64,000 nucleotides of DNA. It comes from Vicugna vicugna (taxonomy: Eukaryota). Positions 1 to 12,506 of the stretch are shown piece by piece. The translations under genes and the position numbers were made by a program. Position 1 is the first letter of the stretch. The number at the start of each line of letters is the position of its first letter. The DNA lies in NCBI GenBank assembly GCA_013265495.1, contig MU058065.1, positions 8,370,302-8,434,301 of the forward strand, written 5' to 3'. Under the pieces are notes generated by a model, which searched no databases, was not told the DNA's origin, and saw nothing but the letters and a program-made list of their open reading frames with translations.

Positions 1-118
1 TTAAAAAGCACAGGATTTGCTCAACCTCCGCTAAGTGCCGGGTGCCATGGACACAGGGCAGAGGGAGGAAAAGATACTTACATTATGCCTCAGTGGACAA
101 TGAATTTGGACTTTGTCA

Positions 119-170
119 GGCCAAGGAGCAGGAGGGGCGGGGCCAAGGAGCAGGAGGGGCGGAGCCAAGG
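119..170 (+). repeat. 22-bp tandem repeat (about 2.4 copies) in the last MARCHF4 intron
   Basis: ggccaaggagcaggaggggcgg at 119-140 and 141-162, then partial agccaagg. Confidence 0.9.
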
Positions 171-436
171 CAGGCAAAGGCGCTGCAGGTAGGTGCCCAG
201 CTGTTTCATGCACTTGGCGAGGCAGCCAAAGACTCGCTAAGCCTAGAAATGTAGGGATGGTTACCAGGTGGCCCAGAGCAGAAAGGGAGGTTTGAAAAGA
301 ACAAATCAAAGCAATATAAATAAAGGCTCACTCAAGTCCTGAACCCTGTTACACATAAAGGAAGACTGACTTCGCCTAGCAGTGACCCTGCTTCCTCTTA
401 CTTGCCTTTGTCTTTCTCTTCTCCCTGCGGCCTCAG

Positions 437-807
437 GTCTCATCATCCACGAGGGACCCTCCGTGTACCGCATCTTTAAACGGTGGCAGGCTGTCAACCA
501 GCAGTGGAAAGTGCTGAACTATGACAAGGCGAAAGACCTGGAGGATCAAAAGGCAGGAGGCAGGACAAACCCCAGGACCTCCTCATCCACCCAGGCCAAT
601 GCCCCCTCCTCAGAAGAGGAGGCCGCGGGCACCCCTGCCCCTGAGGAAGGCCCTGCCCGCGAGGCCAGTCACCACCCCTCAGGCCCTCTGTCCGATCACC
701 ACTGTGCTTACACCATCCTGCACATCTTGAGTCACTTAAGGCCTCATGAACAGCGGAGCCCCCAGGGCGGCAGCCGGGAGCTGGTCATGAGGGTCACGAC
801 GGTGTGA
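437..807 (+). CDS. MARCHF4: Last coding exon of membrane-associated RING-CH E3 ubiquitin ligase 4 (cytoplasmic tail)
   Basis: Pyrimidine tract and acceptor ...cctcAG|GT at 435/437 (phase 1). Translation GLIIHEGPSVYRIFKRWQAVNQQWKVLNYDK...CAYTILHILSHL...RELVMRVTTV* matches recalled MARCH4 C-terminus, including the YxxL motif YTIL and PDZ-binding VTTV. Neighbouring XRCC5 fits the known synteny. Confidence 0.96.
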
Positions 808-2265
808 GAGGAGAGACCTGGGAGGGAGGCGTGACCACGCACGCGCGCTCGCTCACGCACAGGAGAGACGAGAGGATGGGCTGGGAAGGGCGGACCCGAC
901 CCGACCCGACGGGGCGCCGCCGCCCGGGGGAGCGGGTGTTGAGGGGCAGAGGCCCCCCAGGGGCGGAGGGCAGGCAGAGGGTGGTGGCTTTGCCGGGCCT
1001 GGGGGCAGGGTGGGGGCTGGAGTGAGTGAGGCTGGTTCTGTGAGCAGTTTCCGGATTTCCGATCAGTCGAAACCGTTCTCCGGCGAGAACAAAGAAAAAC
1101 AATACGAACTCAACAAGGAAGTGCAATACAGACTGAGCACCCAGATGTGCTCATGCGCAGAACACCTGGGAGAAGTGGAGGCTGGGGAGGGCGGAGCCGC
1201 GTGTCTGGTGATGGCGGGAGGGAAAAATGCGAAGGGCATGGAAAGGAAAAGCACTTGTAGGCTGCTCCGTGTCACCCTTGAGTTTTCTTTGGCTTCCACC
1301 TGGGCTGTGTTCCAGGGCCAGCTGTGGGGAGGGAGAGGGACGGGCTTGGGCTGGCAGAGAGGAGACACATGGCATTTTCAGCCCCTAGGCTCACCTGAGT
1401 GGGCAGGATTCCTGACTCAGAGGGCCTGGGGCGATGATGCAGGGAGGAAGATGTTGGCCTGAGCGGCCAGAGGGAGGGGAATGTCTTCTTTTGAAATCAG
1501 AACTCCCAATTTCAGATGGGCTCAAAGAGGACTTAGGTTTGGGGTTGAGTGTCTTTTCGTGCCGTTGTTACTTTATTTTATGGTGACTTGGCTCAAAGAT
1601 GTTTACAGGAAAACACACACACACATGCATACAACTAGAGAAGAATACAGATTTCCTGTGGGTGTCTCAAGCACAGTCCTGCTGCTGTGGTTTCAGCCTT
1701 CAAAGCTGCCAATCCAGGAGTGATTTTCCCAACCGCCCAACCCTACGCATGGCCAGGACACGCTCAGTGCCATGGCCTCTCCTGGCTTGGTACGTGCTGA
1801 GCCCAGGGCCCCCCACGGCAGGGCATCTCCTGCCCAGGGTCTCCCAGGAGAGCTGCAGGGGGGAATGGGAGGAGGCTGACCAGATGTGCCCCGAGGAGTG
1901 GAGTGGAGACCTATCTAAGTATTCCTGGCTGCGCGGGAGGCTCCCCCAAGGGCAGTTCGGCTAATCCCTCTGTGCTCCGTGCTCCCTGGTGCCTCCCAGG
2001 CAGCTGGGGCGAGGGGGCCAAGGGACCCTGGCAGGGAGCACTGTCCCTGGAGCCCACCTGCTGGCTCTGGGATCCTGCCAGGGAAGGCCACTGGGTGGTC
2101 ACCTGCAGAGTTTCTCGTTGTCGTTGCACAATGGCCGCGTCATCCGTGGGTATTAAAGGGACACTGTCAAGTACTTTTTTAAACTAGTTTTTAGGGTTTT
2201 TTAAAACTCTCTGTTGTTTGTATTATTCTCTTAAAAGCTTGAAAATAAAATTTCTTTCCCTACCA
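808..2265 (+). other. MARCHF4: MARCHF4 3'UTR (end approximate)
   Basis: Follows TGA at 805-807 and ends at an AATAAA with downstream T/GT-rich sequence. Confidence 0.75.
2244..2249 (+). terminator. Poly(A) signal of MARCHF4
   Basis: AATAAA preceded by U-rich sequence and followed by gtgtcttttcc and a long pyrimidine-rich tract. Confidence 0.75.
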
Positions 2266-2417
2266 CTAGTGTCTTTTCCTTATGTGAGCTTTTCCTTTCT
2301 CTGTCCTGTTTTCCCTCTGGTATGAGCTTCTCTCTCCCTTGTGTCTGCTGTACCCCTTGGGTCTTGTCCCTCACAAGAAATCGTTTTTCCTTTGAGGATA
2401 TAGATGGGGCAGGCCAG

Positions 2418-2450
2418 GTGTGTGTGTGTGTGTGTGTGTGTGCATGTGTG
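2418..2450. repeat. (TG)n microsatellite
   Basis: Directly visible. Confidence 0.95.
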
Positions 2451-3457
2451 TACCTGCAGTGAAGCACTGGGACTCCTGGTTTCTTCTTGGCTTCCTAGCA
2501 ATCAAATTCCTTCAAGTCAAAAGGAGAACCAACCCTCCCCAATTCTCCTCGGGTTTCTGCCCAGGACTCCTGGAAGCAGACACCATTAGCGGTGGGAGGG
2601 AATTTGGAGAGCTTCCACCCCCTCGGGTCATTTCAGGGAAGCAGGGAGAACCACAGGTGTGGAGTGTGTTACAACCTCATTCTCCCTGACAGTTTTCCTT
2701 TGAAGATCAGAAAACAGCCCCCCAGGGCAGGGCCCCGGGACAGGGCTCAGACATATCACGAGGCAGCAGAAAAGACCTCCCCTCCCTCCAGCTTGATCTG
2801 GCCCTCCTTCCTGAGGCCGGCAGTTGGTCAGCACATCATCAGTGGGATGTGCACAGGCTTAGGAAGGGTCCTCCCCTCATGAAGCTCACAATCCAGAGGC
2901 TCAGAAAAGACATAATTCATGAGAGATCAAAGGACATGGACAAAGAAAACATACTAATGAGTGGAAATCAAGAAAATCACAGAAGTAACTCATGTAGAGT
3001 GAACATATCTAATTTTCCGTGTGATCTAAGGAACAGACCATTCAGTTTAATTAAATGTTTAGAAAAATAGAGGCACAGTGCCAGGCAACGGGGCTCCAGC
3101 TGGGCCACGTGGGCCTGGGTCACACAGACACGGACCCCGCTGGCCAGATGCTGCCAAGCAGACCCCGGTGCTGTCTGCACTGAATTCTCCACTGTGGTTA
3201 AAGTACTGAAACATTAGTGAATTCACAAAGATGCATGTCCACACACTTCCTTAGACATGGAAGGATGGTCTGGAGCTGCACATTAAAAATGTCCAAGCTC
3301 AGAAATTGGTGGCCAGAGGCTGGAAACCAGGAAGCTGTCCCAGCCTTCTCCATCTGCACCAGCACCCTCCACTTTCTCAGGGGAACATGGACTGTTAATA
3401 CATTAAAAATACAAAACAGAATGAAAGTTGATCACTGACCTGCGTCTTGGTCTTTGA

Positions 3458-4201
3458 GGACAATTCAGCTGCAGCCTGTGACATCCTTTTAATGCAAAGG
3501 GTGAAAATACCTTCCACATGTTAGACTGATGAAAGTACCATTTACACCGTGGCTGATGTTCAGCTTGTAGGTGAGTTGCCAGCAACCACCATTCAAAAAT
3601 CCTTCTGTGGTTTAGTAATAAAAAGACATCTTTTGCTGACATGAAAAAAAAAGAAAACTATAGATGTGTCCAGATATGCATTATCTATTTTCAAAAAAGT
3701 ATCAGAGTGCAACAAAATATGTACATCAACAAAACTACAGTGGCCATTGTGTTGCCTTTCTTTGGTGATTCATGGAGCACTTCAGAATCTTCTTTTCATG
3801 TAGGGTTCCCATTCAGAAAATGCTGTAATTGAAGAAAAAGGGATTCATGATAAGTTCTAATAGGATTCTGGAGTTTGTTGGATCTTGATGATGTAAGCAC
3901 CAAGAGATCAGGGACCACTTCTGCCTTGTTTACCACTATGTATCCAGGACCTACAGCTGTGCTTGGCACACAGAAGGTGCGCAATAAATATTTTTGAGTG
4001 AATAAGACACTCATGGAAGAGAACAGGAGGACCTTCCAGAACACAAGAGATATGCCTCCACTTCTTTCAACTTACACTCTAGCTCCCAAGGTCAGTCATG
4101 GAGTAGAAAAGGACATTTCATCTGCAGCCTGTGACATCCTTTTAATGCAATGGGCGAAAATACCTTCCAGACCGTGGACTGATGAAAATACCATTTATAC
4201 C
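3458..4201 (+). repeat. Pair of 91-bp direct repeats (3458-3548 and 4111-4201)
   Basis: Ungapped alignment by eye, about 11 mismatches in 91; shared core ctgcagcctgtgacatccttttaatgcaa. Confidence 0.9.
3915..4004 (+). mobile_element. L2 LINE 3' end
   Basis: gtgcttggcacacagaaggtgcgcaataaatatttttgagtgaat resembles the L2 terminus. Confidence 0.7.
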
Positions 4202-6374
4202 CAACAGGATGGGAAATTCCCTGTGCCTTGGGGAATGGAGCTTTGGGGTACAAAAAATGAATGAACTGGGTTTTTATATTTTATATGTACCTCTGGGGAT
4301 GCAAGCAGAAGTGCATGCTGACAACCTGAGACCACCGTCCTTTCACAAATGTGCAAATCATCCTCATACCACAGGCAAAGGTCTAGACTTCCTGTGGAGT
4401 TACCTAGTGCAGACCCCAGGAGGAGCAGTCCAGAGAATTCACCTGCACATCATTTGCAAGCATGGCCCCACGCATGGGACAAGGTACCAGCTCACACCTA
4501 AAGCTCCTGCTAGGTGTCAGGGAAATTAAATTCCTTATACATATGAACACATGTAGTATCCCAACAACTGATGGAGCAGGTACCATCAGTATCTTCACTT
4601 TACAGATGCAGGCACTGAGGCAAAGAGGTTAGGTCACTAGCTCATAATCACCAGCCAGGATTCCATCCCAGGCAACCTGGCTTTGATTGTAAAGCCTCCA
4701 CTCCTGCAGGACAACTGGCACCAATTTAAGGGAAATCTGGGTCAGGACAACACAGGGAGGTCATCATGGTAGAGATCTACTGAAAAATTTTGGAGGTTGG
4801 GGAAACTGGAACTAAATAATTATAAACTATTTGTCCCCTACAAAAAAAATTAAGTGTACCTAATAATTTTTGATATTGTCCAGATAATATACTGGCTGAA
4901 TGGAAGCCTGTATAGTAGAAAGTTGGCTATGTCTGGATACTGGGGAATTCTGAAAGGACAATGGACACAATTCAACCACTTTTTATAGACAAAGGGCCAG
5001 ATTCCTTAAGGGGTCACAGAGTCCTCTCCTTCTATATATAAAAAAAAAAAGTTAAAAATTTTCCTATTTGGGAACTCTGGTTTCAAGGGAGTGGTGCAGA
5101 AGAGTGGGTTGGGGGTGTCTAATCATAGCTCACAAAATTTAGGAGGACTCCTTGTCCCTGTCTACCAGGAGATTCAAATCTGTCACTATCTTAGAGCACA
5201 GAACCACCAAAATTAGAGAATTTATATGTCTCTAGAGATAATATACTGCTGTTTCGTTGTTTTGCCCATGAGATCCAAAGCCATAGCAAAGAGTGGAGGC
5301 ATGGTTTGGATACAACCACCACCACATTCTAAGAGTAAAGACGTGCTTTGTAAGCAGAATGCATTATATTGTGGAAGTGAGAGAGCAGGGGGGCAAAGGG
5401 AGAAACACATTTTACATTATTCCTTATTACCTTTTCTCAGGTTACTGTGATCACAAGTAATAAGCAATCGAGGATGATTTCCACCTGTAAGGGTCTGATT
5501 CTATAGCTGTGAGGCAGTGGTCCTCAACCCTTCTCCCCGCACATCTCCACCCCTCTTCTTGGCAAAAGGGCATGTGGGAAATGGGAAGTGCTTGGGGTGC
5601 CATGAACAATAGAGTGACACTCCAAGGTGACACTTAGTGGTGAGGATCTGGGACTGGCTTCACCCCAGATCTGAGTCCAGGGTCAGGGCTGCATTGGGTT
5701 GGTGGCTAAGCACCTTTGTCCCACCACAGGGGACCAGAGATTTTTCTTCATGCTGCCTCTTCCCTCCTCTGGCATATCCTGTCTACTCCTCACTCAGCCC
5801 ATCATGGGAGTAAGAACCCACTGGGTGAAGGCTTTCTTCCTGCTCAAGCCCCAGTCTGATGAGAATTACAGCCTCAGTGTCCGTCCTGCTGGACCCCCTG
5901 ACCACTGATCACCGAGATGAGTCCTTCATCTTTAAATGAGTGACCCATAACCATGTACCAAACACCTCACCATCACACTCAGTTGTGATCCAAGGGCTCA
6001 GCAGATGTTTAGGGAAGAGAAGGAGCTGTGGTCGAGGAGAGTCTGGGGAAGGAAAGAGAAGCAGGCTCACCCTGTGCCCGTGCCTTCTTAATTTTTGAGG
6101 GAGGAAGTCCTGAAACCCGAGCAACCCCAGTGGCCCTGGTGCTGGTTGAAGTCCAGAGCTCTGCCGTCCACCTAAGGCCCTGCCAGCAAGGACAGGCTCC
6201 GCCCCTGGGGCAGGTGGCAGCACGGCACAGAGCACCTCCAGGGCATCTGTGCTCCTGGGGGGCCCTCTCTGATGGAGAGGGGACACTCTGCTCCTGCATC
6301 TGATAAATAAGAAAGCGGACACTCAGTCTCTCCACCTAATACTGTCCTTTCCACCAATCACTGGAAAAACAATA

Positions 6375-6647
6375 AAAATAACCAAACATCCAGTGCCCTC
6401 TGTATACCAAGCCTCATCTCTAACTTTTTAGGTATGTTAATTCATTTAATGCCCCCAAAACAACCCCACAAAGCTGAGAACTACTGCTGTTCCCATTTTT
6501 CAGGTGAGGACACTGAGGCACAGAGGCACAGAGAGGTTAAGCACATTGCCCAAGGTGATGTAGCCGTGCACGGCAGCACTAGAATTTACATCTATGCTGT
6601 CTGGTGCCATATGTTGGGCTGTTAACCACTACATTATACTGCCTCTC
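6375..6647 (-). mobile_element. MIR SINE, near full length
   Basis: Core cccatttttcaggtgaggacactgaggcacagag...gttaagcacattgcccaaggt, ending taaccactacattatactgcctc. Confidence 0.85.
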
Positions 6648-9314
6648 AGAAAAGTAAAAATGTATTTAAAAGGTTCATTCCGATTCGAGAGGCACTGGAG
6701 GAAAGTGAATGAGCCCTACACCAGCCGGATATAATCCAGATGCCATCTGTGACACCTGCCCCCCGAAGTCGGCTGAGGTCTGCTGAAAACTCTCCATCCC
6801 GCATGCTATGGGAAGGGTGATGCCCTCACCGGGGTTTTTAATAATTCAGACCCTAACATTTTCCCCAGTTGCTTCCTACTCGAATTTCCAGAATCTCCCG
6901 AACTCAGGTTTTCCATCCTCTCTTTTAATATCATCTCTTTATTTTGGCTCCAGGGTAAGCCCAAATGTTGGACAAGATTCCCGCGCCCTCAAGTCTGCCT
7001 CTAACCCAAAGTATTACCACTTACAGTTGTGTATAACCTAGTTTTACTGGAAATTTTGAAGTAACCTGAAGATTATTCATAAAAACCTGCCGCGAGAAAC
7101 TGCTATGTGGAAGGTCTTTGCCAGGTGGGAGTCTCAAGTATAAGCCAGATATAACCACCTTCAAAGATTTCACTGCCTGGTTGCTAGACTCCGAAAAGAG
7201 GCGCAGGATTTCTTATCAAAAGCTATTCTCATGAAAGAGCCTGACAAGATTCTTCCTACAAACTGTAAATAATTAAGTTAACTATATTCCCTCTCCTGTG
7301 GAATTAGCAACTTTAAGAGGAGATCATTCTTAAGCAAGAGGAGTCATTCTATAAGTAACTCTAGTAAGTAGTGGAATTTCAATCTTCATCAAACAGGTGG
7401 AAGAGTGTCTTGAGTTCTTTTAGCCAAGAAGTTCACAACCGTGTGTGTGCATTTGGCACCCAGACACATATACAGAAAGAGTGGATGACAAATGCATTCC
7501 CTAAAAAGTGACACTGGGCCCAGGCCCCTTGGTTGGGCAGCTCTTTGGATCCCCTCAGGAGGACCAAGACCCCAGGTAACATGTGGAGAGAGGCAAGAAA
7601 ATGTCCATCTCTTGCAAGTCCTCTGGGTTCTGCCATGCCACTCGGTTCTAGCAAACTCTTTGTCTAGAAGTTGGATTAGGGATATTACCTCTTCTGCCCC
7701 AGCCAGTGGCCATCCCAAGGGGTGCCTTGTTGAGAGAGCGACCCTCCACACCCTCCAACACAGGCTGCTATATCTCTTCCAAGAAGCGATGTAGAAATTC
7801 TGGAGTTGCCACCACCCTGAATATGCTGAGTCCACACCTGTCTAGTGACTCATGGTGGCATTGTAAGTCCTAGTCCCTCCCTCAAAAGCCTCAAGCATTA
7901 TCTCACGTCACCCACAATTCCTCAAATCATTTTGGTGCAGTCTCACCAAAGCATTCTGTTGCTTTGGTCTACCTGGTACACAGAAGTACTCTTTTCCATG
8001 GGAAACCTATACCATGTGGTTTTGGTAGAGTTGAATCCCTAAAATCACTACAGCCACCGAAGAGGGGCTATGACCCAGGCCTGATGAAAGTATCTTACTT
8101 CTCTGTCCACAAGGATTGTTTCAAAAATGAGCATGTGACTGAAGCCATTCCAAGTCCTCCCTGGGATTTTCCCATCAGCACTTGTGGGAAACATTGTTCC
8201 CTTCCAACATGATTGCTAGCTGGGAGTTGGGGAAAATGCAAGAGCTCACTTTCTGCCATGTAGAAAGCAGCTATCTTCAGAATAAGGTCAAGTGGAGACA
8301 TGCAAAACAAAAAAGCAGGAGAGAGACAATACTGATTCTCTCCTGGATCCATGATTGAGTCAGTTTCTCCACTAGATTGCCCAGGACATTTTCCAATAAG
8401 TTCCATTTTTGCTCTCATTACTCTAAGCTGAATATGCTACTTGCAACCAAAAATACCCATCATGAATACAAAGATTTCCATATGCCCCATGACAAGAGTT
8501 TTGGGTGAAATCCATGGTGCATTGGTTGGGGCCAAAATCACTGGAACGGGTTGGCCCTCTTTCCTGTTGGTTCGGGGCCCAAGTCGGCACAGTGGAAGCA
8601 TTTGCAACTATTATTCTACCCTAGTTATTTGTGTGAATCTGTTCAAGGTTATCAGTGATTAAATAGGAAGGTAATATGCATCGGCATACGTGAAAAGAGT
8701 TCTTAAAATGTTTTTCTTAAGATTGCATCGGGGAGACAGGACCTAACGTGACAAGTAGACAGACCATAATCAGAACTCTGATTCAAGGGCATAGGAATGA
8801 GCAGAGTCCAGTTGCGAGGCCACAGGACAGAAGCCAGGATACCAGGATTCAAAGCAGAAGGTAAGAGGCAAAGCTCAGAGCAAGACCTTGACCCACCGGC
8901 CACAGCCAAAGGGTTTCCCATTCTCCTGGCATTGACCATGTAAATGGCATGGCCTCCTCCAAGTGTGCCACCTTACTGCTACTGCTATTGTCCTTACCAG
9001 ACTAAGTGAACCACCCTGGGTTCCTGATTTTATGTATGGGGACCTATGGAAGCAGCCACAACTCTTCTGTGAATGTGGGCAAGTCACTTGCTTTTCTGGT
9101 CTCTGGTTTCTTTCTCTTTAAAATAAAGATAATCAGTTTGCCTCTCAGGATCTTTGTAATATCAGAGGTAATGCATATAAAGTAGATAGTGAATAAATTA
9201 TTGCTATTATCATTTTATTGTTCAACAGAGTAGTAAGAGAGTTGTACCATTACCATAGGGTGTTAAAAGCAAGGTTAAGTGAAAGCAAAAATGGGTACCT
9301 CGCACCAACACTCT

Positions 9315-9800
9315 GCTTGGTTGTCATTCAGCTGTAAGTAACAGAAACTCAACTAGCAGAAGCTGAAACAACTGGGGCTTTCATTTCCTTCTGCGATGAG
9401 ACATCCAGAGCGAGCGGCTGCTGGCATCCATCCAGCTGCTCGGTAACGCCACTGGCAACCCAGGCTCTCTCTGTCTTTCTGCTCAGGCATCCTTAGTCTG
9501 TTGACTTGTCACCTGTGGCTGTAACCTCAGTCCCGAGTGGATTATGATCTGATAGCTCAAAGGAGGAGAGAAAGAAGAAGTGGTCCTGTCACATTCCTCC
9601 TGTATATTGGGAAAAACCAAAGCTTTCCCAGAACCATGTTTCTACTCCTCGGTGCTTCCATGTGTATCCTTCTTTGGCCAGAAATGTGTCACATAGCCAC
9701 ACTGAGCTGCAGGAAGGACTGGGGAAGTGATTATTTATATTCTCAGCTCCTGCTGTGAAACACAGTAAGGGAAAAGGAGATGAGAGTGGATGCTGGGTAC
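9315..9800 (-). mobile_element. Ancient MaLR LTR (MLT1J/K/L-like)
   Basis: tgtaagtaacagaaactcaact...ggccagaaatgtgtcacatagccacactgagctgcaggaaggactggggaagtg motifs typical of old MLT1. Confidence 0.65.
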
Positions 9801-9854
9801 ATCAGCTGGGGGCAACTGCCCCACCCTGTGAGTAGGGGGATAAATTACTGTGCT

Positions 9855-10388
9855 ATTTTTGAGGGCCATTTGGTAGTATTCTATTTAATTTAAAATGCAC
9901 ATGCCCTTCAACCCAGGAATTCTATTTCCTTGGAACTCTCCTAGAGAGGCAGTAGCAGATGTTGCCTTCTCGAAGAGCTTAGGAAACGAGCATCAGAGCT
10001 GAATCATTATAATAATGAAGCAAATTGGAAAAAACCTAAATGTCTGTCAACATGGGAGTGATGACATGGGAGGTACAGAAACCATGGGATGCCACCCGCA
10101 TCCGAGAGAACGCCATAGACCTGGAAGGACTGACAGGGACAGATCTCAATGTCAGATTGTTAACTTAGAAACATCGTCTGCAGGGCAATATGCACAATGA
10201 TCATATATGTGTAGAAGATCCAAAAAAGAACCCAACCCACATTTCAGTTTTAAAATGCTATCCTCCCGAGGAGTATGGATGGATACCACCCAACTGGTTC
10301 AAGCTTTTTCTTTCTGGAAGAGGGTGAGGTTGGGGGATGTGAAGAGAAACTTTCTCTCTCTTTATGTTGTTTACATTTTGATAATAAG
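9855..10388 (+). mobile_element. Old L1 (L1M-type) 3' fragment
   Basis: catgcccttcaacccaggaattcta...ttggaaaaaacctaaatgtctgtcaaca resembles the L1 ORF2 end and 3'UTR. Confidence 0.65.
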
Positions 10389-10402
10389 AATAAACTCATA
10401 TG

Positions 10403-10534
10403 TGCCTAGCATGCACGGGGTTGTGGGTTCAATCCCCAGTACCTCCAGTAAAATAAATAAACAAAAAACAAACAAACAAACCTAACTACCCCCCCAAAAC
10501 ACAGCAAAACAAAAAGCAACAAAAATTAAAAAAA
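10403..10534 (+). mobile_element. 5'-truncated camelid tRNA-derived SINE (Vic-1-like)
   Basis: tgcctagcatgcacg...GGTTCAATCC (B box, 10426-10435) cagtacctcc, A-rich segment, acctaactaccccccc and tail. 14-bp TSD aataaactcatRtg at 10389-10402 and 10535-10548. Confidence 0.8.
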
Positions 10535-12506
10535 AATAAACTCATGTGATATTTGTGCAGTTTTTAAAAAGTATGGTACACATGTAGGGTGGACCCTTCA
10601 GTGACTTGAAACTGCCCTACTACTTTTACTGTATGTTTGCCTTACCAATGCGACTTTCCTCTCATAATTTTTATCTTTCTGGTTGTGGCCTTTCTTTTCT
10701 TGTTCCTTTAAGATCCCTTGTGAAGCTAGTTTCATTAACACTGAAAACAATGGTTAAAATCTTTTCAGGAAATAGGTGCCTTATAGTCGGCGGAAGTCCC
10801 AGCTCACCTTCCCTGAGAACTTCGCTTTGGAGGAGGGGCCGCCCTGTAGGGCTGTGGGGTTGAGGATTCCTGGGGGCTCCCATGGTTCTGTGTGTCTGTG
10901 GTTCTATGATAAGGAAGGTTTGAGGGCAAGGAAATTTGCGATTGAGAGTTTATTTGCTGATTGAAGGGACGGCAGTGGCAGGGAGGAGGACCACAGGTTG
11001 GGTTATAGAAGGGGCCTCTTCCACCTTTGCTTTGGCCATGGGCCTCCAGACTAGTGTTTCTAAAGAAGTCTTTGGAGCTCCCAGAGAGCTGGAGTTTTTG
11101 CCGCCAGCACAGACGTGAGAGAAGCCAGGCTGAGAGGCACTGAGGTCATCTGCTGCCTCCATCTTTGAGAGTGGCCTCCTGCTAGTCCAGCTCTGTGTGT
11201 GCCCTAAGAAGACGCAGGCAAAGCTGGCCAGCACAGAGCCAACGTCATCCAGGCTGCAGACAGCTGGTTCTTTCCCCTTCTCTCTCCTACTTCTCTTTTG
11301 CCACCTTCCAAATCCCCCCTAGGTGAGGGTTTTCAAGCCGCAGCCAGAGAATGCCTTCCAACAGCAGATGACGGTGGACAGGATGCAGGATGCCAGCACC
11401 CCCCACTCCCACCCTACCCTCCCCGTGCCCACCCCGGGCTCCAGCCCTCAGCAGCCACTGGGCTCTGATCATAGGAGCCCGTCAGTCCTCTGCCCAGGGA
11501 TGTGCCAGCCGGGATAGTCACTGACGGCTCCTGCTTGTCCAGCCAAATGCCTGAAGCCTACCAGGTGCCAGTCCAGGCCCCCGAGGCTGCCAGATGCGAC
11601 TGGGAAAGTCAGTCAAGGAGATTGACAATGTGGAGACTCAGAAAACAAACAAGGTGAGGGCTGTTTCTGGGCTCCGAGGCAGATGAAGACCCTAGGGAAT
11701 CAGGCAGAATAAACAAACAAACATCGAATAAACAAAGCCTTCTTCAGCGGCAACAACACCAACAAAAGGGAAGGTCAAACCAGGGAGGCACTTTCTTTTC
11801 TGTGTATACTTGAAGATTTTCATAATAAAATTAACAAAATAGTCCTCAGCATGTCACCCTTCCATGCCCTTGTTTATGCAGCCTCTGGCCTGGAAGGTCC
11901 CTCCTCTCACGCCCCATGCATAAATCCTACATTGCCCACGTGGCCCAGTCCAAAGGCCACTTTCTCTAGGAAGCCTTCCCTGATGCCTCCTCCACCACCC
12001 AGTGAGAATCAGTCATGACTTCCTCTGGGTTCTTGTATCATTTTGTTCATGTCATGTTGACAGAAGCTATTCCATTCTCACTTATAAACTAGTTGTATGC
12101 ATGGCATTTCCACCAGCCAGCCCGAGGGTGCCTTAAAGGCAGAGGTTCTGACTTGTTAACCTCTTCATCCTCAGGACCTAATACACGACCTAGGACAACA
12201 GGAAACGATACACACGAATAACCAGATCAATCATTCATTTGTTTCATAAACATTATGGTGCATCTGAATACAACGGGCACTTTACTAGGCAGTGATGGTA
12301 ATGAGACAAAGGAGACAGTAAACCCACTGGCCTCACGGAGCATGGGAATGGGGGCAGCTATGGAGACAGACGATTAGAGCGAGGAGCCATTGGTGCAGGC
12401 ATGAAAAGTACACCCAAGGTAGAGGGGCGGGTATGGAAGAGCGAGCATTCAGTTCTGCCTGAGGCAGGTCAGGAAAGTCTTCAAGAGGGAGGCGATGCTA
12501 GCTTGG

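Noticed and set aside
382..436. N-terminal extension (MTLLPLTCLCLSLLPAAS) of ORF 382..807, resembling a signal peptide
   Set aside because: It is the intronic polypyrimidine tract read from a GTG; the real exon starts at 437.
4150..4200. Hammerhead-like GAAA...CTGATGA in the 91-bp repeats
   Set aside because: Stems II and III cannot be formed, and the tcca/tgga hairpin is absent from the other copy.
3458..4201. CRISPR-like repeat-spacer reading of the direct repeats
   Set aside because: Only two long diverged copies with a 562-bp spacer, in mammalian DNA, with no cas genes.
7400..9060. Possible ERVL/MaLR internal sequence
   Set aside because: Only a vague resemblance; I could not identify termini or retroviral peptide motifs.
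10403..10445. tRNA gene
   Set aside because: B box only, with no A box or cloverleaf; the tail and TSD identify a SINE.
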